Below are positions 28,601-35,000 of a DNA stretch of 64,000 nt, in pieces. The notes under the pieces were generated by a model. That model saw only the letters and a list, made by a program, of their open reading frames with translations. It was not told the DNA's origin and made no database searches. The stretch is from the IMG/VR virus record IMGVR_UViG_3300013936_000011, positions 32,001 to 96,000 of that record; one strand, 5' to 3'. The stretch is from a virus. Taxonomy: Duplodnaviria; Caudoviricetes. The position numbers were made by a program, and so were the translations under genes. Numbering within the stretch: the stretch's first letter is position 1; each line of letters opens with the position of its first letter.

Positions 28601-29002
28601 GGCAAAGATAGTTTATTAAGTAGCCCCGCTTCTATAATAGGATTTAGTGCTATCGGTTTAGCTATAGGTGTAGCTGCTGCAGGATATGCAGGTGGACCAC
28701 TTAAGAAGAGTAAAGCTGTTCAAGACGAACAACAACAAAGACAACAAACAGACGATAGAATGACTGTCCCTGAATTTTTTGACAATCAAGGAGGCTTTGT
28801 TACAGGAAATTCACAACAGGGCTATATTATCAATATCAATGCTAATACTAAGAAAGGTGAACGTCATATGAAGAGAGCTATGAAAGAAGCTGTATCAGCT
28901 TCTGTTGGTGGCGCAGTAAGTATAAATATGAATTTCAAAAGTAATAGTAGTGGTGGATGGTCAGATAAAGATATCGAAAAAATAATTAATAATTATATGT
29001 AA
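19655..29002 (+). CDS. Giant virion protein: DEDDh 3'-5' exonuclease plus single-chain two-barrel (DxDGD) RNA polymerase, hydrophobic C-terminus
   Basis: Start revised to ATG 19655 (AGGTG SD 19641-19645). Exo motifs YDLET (20117), GHNIRGFD (20639), HSAGND (20963). RNAP motifs YEQG (24137), K-x7-K (24644/24668), VIANDNVTGHENMG (24968), RYP (26909), NGDLDGD (27017-27037). Confidence 0.8.
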   Translation: MANFNKNITIYDNKYSVVKGRRADGTFRSGSETLADRQKRVSTKFADDITAIQDFVDTFANQSKVIFRDDNTLVLKTSHKPFDRVEESEAAKKALDILNTNKFFNTITNKTSPSNVTLKYHNLANINTTASYDNMSHVFDKYQNIIKSNGTIVGYDLETLGGMSDGIWNPLGITEFGINKQHIVNGKVAKTTSENIMLSGTVNHTAELNKIRAVLMSPNGAKKLAEDPQYRGLLVSAKRYSMYGHKDTKIHFDGKKGYGVIDSFVGEKGEAWGNLEQITAGVNKFINIEKQASQAIDEASGLRKDVKTSIDYIFDIMKTGNDQHGLVVGHNIRGFDNAALNQYVKKLYNSDKAAQKYITSKMGILGINTPGFHLGPIAQADSLNFSRVVNNKNYMGALLDVSDRGRQILAQAGRGINKQENIGAVFFPHLFEGAMAHSAGNDTAVVNAFFTHRFTEDYLKKIGIDQDAIGTFKGKTLIEAMNDMMGSFDNAVDIKANRQQIFMANKTMNGSFGGKKVFNFTRDSQGNIITSTGHFINPNGGIEYNPVHGKQIGVVRNQPYTIVNYGSVNTSQYSGQLANLVPEFATDEAYYLNLEQVVGDKYKSRTNPTQTTMLFSTKEEMEGFIDSYLTPFAESTTGGGYKYLGNRKVAESYAKQYMLTDKGLEFNQQQWNSMFEAEQIKGALNSNFERRYEKKAAENFLFGDKSAKRIGESLDFIEYLNKKNLSAMTADDLGRIYYNKYSGMKVGNVEITKNLADEIRENIKDTFGFHPRDENGKPLEKKILLDATADNAIASFEHVKEQEKYYRNALNTVFKAHNINPSQHGSYGVTIAKSGQVMAAINNDFITLNDALSVPVANSVGEFMDLSEKGVRNLALNADTQLMPKALVDNMYEFKLSKDFYFNKKASNINGLMSPKEYQNIIQYSLDSSDPGMNFIDKLIKIQTGATRQLTETERIQSGRQVFYQFVNDELSKDKVLSKNQHIIELGSYVQKKDYNLRHALSYLEQGISEVREANPEAGVIRSTAKRGIKTNYLMSKYRNNLTPEAMAETMKGIGKTVDVSSAKGTERKKMVEKLVNSFIIDEGTFSRDLKALHGSNTDAIEDTMLAYRTLKKQYGTFVNDLIDAAGNVDMNLVFNEKSGRLFVQKGEKMVDLDNIARIISDQGALYGKSGSQRLAIHHVLEYDQRAKALKYRTNLDDHFGGMKTLVKRIDKLAEKGEVDLDSFRRAVGKLQVDLNEAPVYKYNYGSLLLANSPVDIRGVDPLYPELFKEDGEFHSIITRMSNNDKFNVDDLQNIMERRIPESLEPGKLDPMQRSLMSPDVVPILQEFNRATTNNSVVDRILKHINDTGKETKETKGIKVVNELYIPQGSGGFDNYGRPVSVSAFNRNWIKANTIEEASKTYENLLIGARVIDTKQVHANIYKNVKEVGNLAGDFAIRQLNMSNQNISQLVKYKRNSVIDSIINKYSNDPDRKYIADDVEQIMSEVEHIVRGSVYEQGKLMDPELFERLIGDNPQDVRKISYNLNAIPAIEAMLEREDPEKLIKTKIPQMREMFGELKRDENGHYRYVKTPGTIIKRGETIFPYEAFGDIEKRFGSKFPESVLSLKFRNKEGIELSEAEISKIINDTFGKQDIDIKDVINLFSNGDEFTAAYEVAHISQQELPKTFSNSAEKSMTRIPYAKTGSHDPRIRKILTDTENDHWVKNIVLRDETLDAWYHDLEKAYKDGGKTAKDILKQNGFDTIQDLKEAAKRERLLYRDFVFGENSIFGMVSVIANDNVTGHENMGHQMSSALGEAIRLTGKYTAKPGASNTEQWESGINKVAEIIASDPKKFGFIREMDSSKGVNEAKTLDISQNLSLLFSTNTYDKNKKGIEVLDSEKIVNLFREIDKTILKNAPEEDRLVHTNLEGVDELVGAVKTITVDGKRHAIGSVGVTSTAFAEDSEVQSGVSQEYLDAKKALRQYTHMLDQVKAIKPEDLTEQHINLLKILPERIEEIRNEIDAMSDGAAFMKIDDQLRNILSNSALNSTTERRLSNLIANSSDPYGYTKLIEEASDKLIARNKDGEFEINKKYKTDNVNRPWLEDVKQQITFNPLEEDELTEKMLKEEEYRHLEPIYNEVVRKRGMKLGTDSAELFYQGNIAYAGAKFNAGGNVDLQPLLDKGVEVVPAEKYVGNLGRASAGQFVSSYADKTILLDLGENYANMSETGNRYIAVPGLGNVVNSQEIKRDWQKTAGALANTWQEWSNLGFNDTEEGLRLVSRMDDLYDKLNTESQQIVKKGNVFAEKAKVRVNAPAQRLKIQATLGESELHDPLIDKIRANTPDNYKVDEDWFRDNATILGKSVSEWEKHGPNGPSLYYNYRLSSMSDFQNKGYFDYDFMRQMGFTKKDASGNMVPITDKTELRSEMINYLKTHGTMDISDRYPNIYDTSALTNYTFLDTTLADNATAIAGHTLSNLNGDLDGDSDSTVKIAKNNVNYLLYNKHKEDSMAQMKADLKAQNIDIDSLDKDMVEENLRRNTIQSMKQNNVRGTAEELGEAYDFFRGKELESIRVAVDNAKVVRENVAETLAKDSGRAYKSMALSVDGKNLLAEVEGGRSSLGRLRTFNRRENVGAGELVKSDNELKDYFAEAVNVLDKQPDLFKGEKFKYVEGMREIGDKESAKTVVSFGNNQREALDEMLYILQKSGSQMADQAETAALGRIQQNKYVESLLFKGSKDAIGLVDAQLYAMKQASDNYFAQAEKDTERRLRLSGMSESEIRNSPELKSIALKRGNITLFSGGSEQDIISAKKLKMYAGDDRFMSFGGTMQSIRSGRATQETREDFLDWFERYGKFSTVASQFDTWADDGTLSESMINKASSYIDKYEKEGVKDAAEKGKAMYLAEHYYDTIDTLNKNNESFRADANLFAVFGRNGGSVERLVNVEGASGESHTALIQSLLSGQDVSYKDHDFEKQGTRVMADRLKNINNFKNITKASSETLEHIVEGGKDSLLSSPASIIGFSAIGLAIGVAAAGYAGGPLKKSKAVQDEQQQRQQTDDRMTVPEFFDNQGGFVTGNSQQGYIININANTKKGERHMKRAMKEAVSASVGGAVSINMNFKSNSSGGWSDKDIEKIINNYM

Positions 29003-29028
29003 AACTATATTATTAAGTAGGATATATT

Positions 29029-29065
29029 ATGATAGGCTTAGATTGTCCTAGGCCTATCGTTTATT
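29029..29065 (+). terminator. Stem-loop / possible weak terminator after the RNAP gene
   Basis: ATGATAGGCTTAG-ATTGTC-CTAGGCCTATCGT (two G-U pairs) followed by TTATT. Confidence 0.55.
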
Positions 29066-29086
29066 ATATGTAAAGGAAGTGAAAAA

Positions 29087-32000
29087 ATGGCTAATAATCT
29101 TTCAGATATAAGAGATAAATGGGCAGAGATGAAAGTCTCTAAAGTAGAAAATACTGATATGGATATAGAAGATTTTGTCCCTAATATCTACGAAATGATA
29201 AAAGAAGATTGTATTACTGAATATCTAGGGTCTATATCTGATTCTTTAAATAAAGGCAAAGATGATTATAAGAACGTAGCTTATTATTGCGAAGCTCCTT
29301 ACAGTGAAACTCTAGGCTATGATGATAAAGAAAAGGTCTGGGTATTAAGTGTAGACGGAATAGAATATAGTAAAAATATGCTTGATATGGGTTCTATAGA
29401 TGGTGATACATATGGTTTTAGTTTTTCTGATATAGATGATGGTGGCAAAAGCGCAACTATAGGTTCTAAAACATATAAAGGATTTGAAGATTATATTAAA
29501 TCTATGAACTGCGTTAGTAGTGGTGGCGACGACAGAGGCGGTATTAAAGTCAGAGCCGCAGGTGTAGACTGTGCCGAAATCCCTCACTACGAAGCTGTGG
29601 TTGTTTACAATAAAGATACAGAACTAGAAGCATTGACATGGGACCAAATAGAAGGTTTAGCTGTATCTAAAAAAGCTGAGATACAATATGCTCCTTATCT
29701 TATAAATAAGAATAAGAGTGATGATCCTGATAAATGGACTCTTTCAGAAAGAGATAAATCACACTCTGTTTTATTCTACAAAAACAAACAAGACGGAATT
29801 ACTACTTATCTAGAAGTAGTTAAAAAAGATGCTTCTTATTTATTTAGCTCATCTAGTGATTATGCTGGCGGTACTCCTATGTTAGTTGTAGGAGCTGGTA
29901 AATCTTGGGGCAAGGATACAGTATTAGATGGTTATAAAGCTCAAAGAAGAATCAAAGAGCTTTTAATAGATAAAAAGAGCAGCATACAAGATATGATACT
30001 AATACTTGATGCTCACACTACTACTGCAGTTAGAACAGCTCCTACATATACATGTTATACCTCTTTATATTATTTCCCTGAAACAGTAAAAAATATAATA
30101 CAAAGTTGGATTGATAAACAAGATGGTAGACCATTAAGCAGATTAACTTATTCTCCATTCGGTACAGATAAATATGGACGTTTACTAGGAACACTATACG
30201 TTAAGATGAAAATGAACGGAGAATCTGTATGGATTAATGTATCTAAATATGTTCAAGCAGGAACAAACCTTACTGAACCAGATCCTGATTTTAGTGGTTC
30301 TCCAGAATTAGAAGGTATTTACAACGGACTAAGTAACGATGCATTTAAAATAGGAAGTTATAATAACTCTTATAGATTTATAGATGATAGTAATGTTAGC
30401 GGAAATGAATCATTTGAAAAAATGATCAAACTTCATGAATCTCTTACTGGTTTAGAATGGAACGCAGAAAAAGAATGTACTGTATTGCTTGGTGATAGCT
30501 TCTTCTTAATTCCTCCACAAAGTATTCGTAATGTAAGTAACATAGATTATACAAAAGTACCACTATTAAGAAGTAAAGGTACCATGGTTAAGAATCAAGC
30601 TAACCGTGAACAAGTACTCGAAATGGACGTATTCTTCTATGGTGAAAATGGTATCAACGGTATTCCGTATAAAGCAGAAACGCCTAATGGTACAGAAGTT
30701 ACTTACTATATGAATGGTCTAAGAGCATTATTTGCTCAGTTCAGAATATGCCCTTTCTTACCTATTCATAATTATTATATCAATAATGTATTAGGAATAG
30801 AAGCTGTAACAATGGTAGGCATCTCACTTGATACGGTTGAAGGATTTCCTAAATTGCTTAAAGCTACTCTTACTCTTCGTGAGTTTAACTACAGAGTTTA
30901 TATGCCAGATTTACCTATACAATATGTAAATAGTGATACTGGTAAAATACAAGACTTTGAACCTATATTTGCCAAATGTTTCGAATGGGAAGTTTACAGA
31001 TATTATTATCAAAGATGTATTATGCACGGAGAAGAAATAAGTAAGTATACTTACAATACATATGAATACGGTGAATACTATTATTCTTATAAGAATGTCT
31101 TACAACGTGCAAATTTAACTTCTCAAAGTATAGAGTTTTATGTGCCAGATGATAATTGGTTAACTAAAGCTTTACAATGCAAAAAAGATAAGGATAGATA
31201 TGGTCAAATGATATCTTCAGTATCATTAAATGATGATGAATCAAGTTATGTAAATGAAATAGCTGGCGATGATCCATTAGTAGATAACGATACTTTTAAA
31301 AGCAAACTTAAAACATTGCTTAAGGATAGTAAGGTTCAACTTAAAAATAAATATAATACTTCAGATAGTGTAGTTGGTGTCAACACCAATGATATATACC
31401 GTACTGATGATTATGCTACAACATGGTCTAAATCAAGAACTCATGTTATGGATGTTAAACCTAGCGATCTTAAAACTATATTCAAGAACAGACTAAATGT
31501 ATTATTTAACTTAGGATGGGTTAATGATGTTACATTAGATGAAGGATTAAATAGTGCTAATACAGCAGTCGTATGGACTTTTAATATCAAGCTTGATACT
31601 AGTAAAGTTAGTTTAGATAATATCAGAGAATATGTCAGAGACTTATCAACTAAGACAGATGAAGGTGCTTCATCAGCTAACTTCTTTAAAGATGGATGCG
31701 GTAAATATATCGTAACAGCTCAATATGATGAAAACAGTAAGTTTGTCGGCGTATCAGCTGCTTATGATGCAGGACTTGCCGCTATAATGGCCGCAGGTTC
31801 AGGAAGTAATAAGCCATCTGAAGTTAGCACAACTTCTGAAGTATTCAATTATGCAAACTATACAGATCCTAAAGCTATGAAGTTTGTTCCTTACATAAAA
31901 GATTTAAATGGTAACAGTGTAAGCATAGATCTAGATTTATTACATGTAGTAACACAAAACACTTTTACAGAAATGTATTTAAAAGCTCAAGATGGTTTTG

Positions 32001-35000
32001 CTCCTCAATTTATGGGTGGAGGAGATGTAACATTTGAAATAATGTTTACTACACAAGATTTATTAGTAGTATCATTAATGAATCAATTACCTGCTTATGC
32101 ATTACAAACAACTAAAACATATCGTAGAGTAATGCCTTGTTTCCCAGTTAAAGCTAAAAATGATTATTTACAAATGCTAGGAATTAATGAGTGCTTGGTC
32201 GAAAATGTTAACGTAACAACAGTAGACGGCTTCCCTGGAACTTATCAAATACAAATGAGATTCACATCTGTAGATAGAACATTAAGACAAAGAGAAGCTT
32301 TACGTAAAATAAATACTGATGGATTTACTAGTGATATAGCATCTACTAATATAAAAGATTATTTTTCATTAGAAGAAGCTCTAGCACAATCTGAATTATA
32401 TCCTGACTTAGATTTACCTAGTCTTGCTGAATTAGAGAAACTAGGTTGGAGCTATTTAAAATATGCTAATGAGAATAGAGCATATGTCGATCCTGATTTC
32501 TATATTATATATTCTTATCAATACAGCGCTCAGATGACTAAAGAGATAGTTAAAACATATTTGTATGACAAATATTATGTAGCAGCTGAAAAGGATAAGG
32601 AAGATGGTACAGAAACAAAAACAGTTGGACAATGTTCTGCCAGTGATTCTGTATTACATATGGAAGACGATAGTGGTCTTGTTTTAGCAACTAAGCTTAA
32701 TAAGATAATGGGACTTGATGTATGCGATAATAGTCAAAACTCTGTATCTAAATATGCGCAAGAATTAATGAGTCAGCTCAATGTAGCAGGTGAACAAGAA
32801 ACTTTATTTAGAAAAGGTAGTATGTTTGCATCTGATAATTTCGATGACTTAATGGAATTAGGCACAACTTTATCTTGCTTAACAGCTTATGGTATAGAAA
32901 ATGGATGGCAAATAAAAGAAGGTTGGTTTGCTACATTGTCTCAAACTTATGTTAATGATTTAGTTGAAAGATTAAAAGTATCAGGCATCAACAAAGCTAA
33001 CAGTAAAAAAGAAGATAAAGAAGCAAAATGGGTAAACGAAATATACACAAAGAGAAGAAATGCTATCCTTGCTATAAATGAAATACTATATTCTCCAATG
33101 GAATTAGAAGGCGGAAATAGATATGCTGATTTATCATGTGTTGCTGATGCTTTCTGTAAAGTATTCGATACTGATGCTGGTATAAGACTATTAAATATTT
33201 TAGACCCTATGGGCAATTATTCAAAAGGCGGATTAAAGAAACTTGCTACTACTGGTGGTGAAAGTGGTGGAGCATCTAGCGGTCACTTTAGTGAAAAAGA
33301 TGGCTACTATTATGGAGACTCTTCTTATACTACTGACAATGCTGGTGAAAAATTTGATGAAGAAGTATGGGCTGAAGGTAACTTGCCATTATACTTACAA
33401 GGATATATTTACGCAGCAGGTTGTTGTCGTACTGGTCAACAATATAATAAGAGCAATAACGACTGGGCTCCACAACAATTTATTAATGGCGATACTAATA
33501 AACCTAATATAAGATATAAAGATAACAAAGTAGTTAAAGCATACGACGAAAATGATAAAGACATAAAGAAGATAGCTAAAGATAAGAACTTAGGCATGGA
33601 AGATGCTTATTGGTATTATGTAGCTACTGTTGGAGATTTCTTTGGTGCTTGGGGAATAGGTAAATATAATATCAAAAGAATACAAGATATGATGTGTCCT
33701 AAAAGCCAAGTTAATTATAAATGTAAAGAAATGTACGATTTAAGTAAAGATCCTAAATGGTGCGAAAAAGGATTCCTTGATCCATATTATAACTACCAAG
33801 GTTACAGAAGTAAAAAAGGTCGTGACTATATAAAAGCTATATCTACTAATGCATGCGATAACTGTGTAGCTTTCATACGTGTAGTATTACAAAAGCTAAA
33901 AGAAATGCTAATAGATGGTTATTTTATAAGTGAAGTAGATGTTATAGCTGGAAACTATGATCAAGTAAAAAAAGAATGGGACGAATATATTGATCAATGG
34001 GATAGTTCCTTAAACTATAATAGTGGTGATCAAGACCACGGCGGAAGTGGCAAAAAGCTACAAGAAGAGGCACTTAATGATGCAATAGAAAAGAAATACG
34101 GTATGTCTAAAGAAGATATGGATGCATTAATAGAAGACGATATACCAACTAGTTATTCTCAAATATTTAGTGCTAGAATGATTTATCCTGTAATGTTAAT
34201 GGCAATAGACTGTAATGCTAAAATAGCTAAGTTAGTAACAAAGAGAAATTATGATGAATTAAATAATATGACTCTTGGTACTTCTGTAGGTACTGCTGAC
34301 TGTACTCCTATGAATAAATTCTTACAAGCATTAGCTGGAATTAAGATGTTAGGAACAACTATGGAAACAGATACAGATGCCATAACATCAAATGCACAAA
34401 AGATATTTAATACTTTAATGCAAGAAATAGCTGAAAACTTCTCTAACGATCCTAGAAGATATGTACTTCATAGTTTCTATGATATGCTTACTACTGATAA
34501 GAGAGGTAGATTAGTAAGGGCTTTCCCTACATTTTATATTATATTTGTAGATGAAGGTAGACGTATAGGTACATGGAAATTATACGATAACTTCTACAAC
34601 ATGTCAGCTATAAGCAATATAGATATTGTTAAATCTAGAAAAGTACCAGCAGATACATGCACATTTACTATGAGTAACTTATATACTTCATATGCTTCTA
34701 CATACGATAATACAGTGTATCAACAATACGTAGATGTATATGGTGTTAAAGATTACTTTAATAGCATATTCTCTCCTCGTGCTTATTTAAATACAGAAGA
34801 GATGATACGTGGACGTAAACAATTAACAGATACTACAGTATTAAGTGCAGGTGTTAGAATACATGTAAGAATGGGTTATGGTTCTGATGGTTCTAAATTG
34901 CCTATAGTATTTAATGGTAAAATAGCCGAAGTTAACTGCGGTGAAACTATCGATGTAGTATGTCAAGGTGATGGTCATGAATTAATGAATCCATTAAATG

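Noticed and set aside
33243-33512. 89-aa alternative-frame ORF within the hub gene
   Set aside because: No SD, TTG start, composition typical of an off-frame read.
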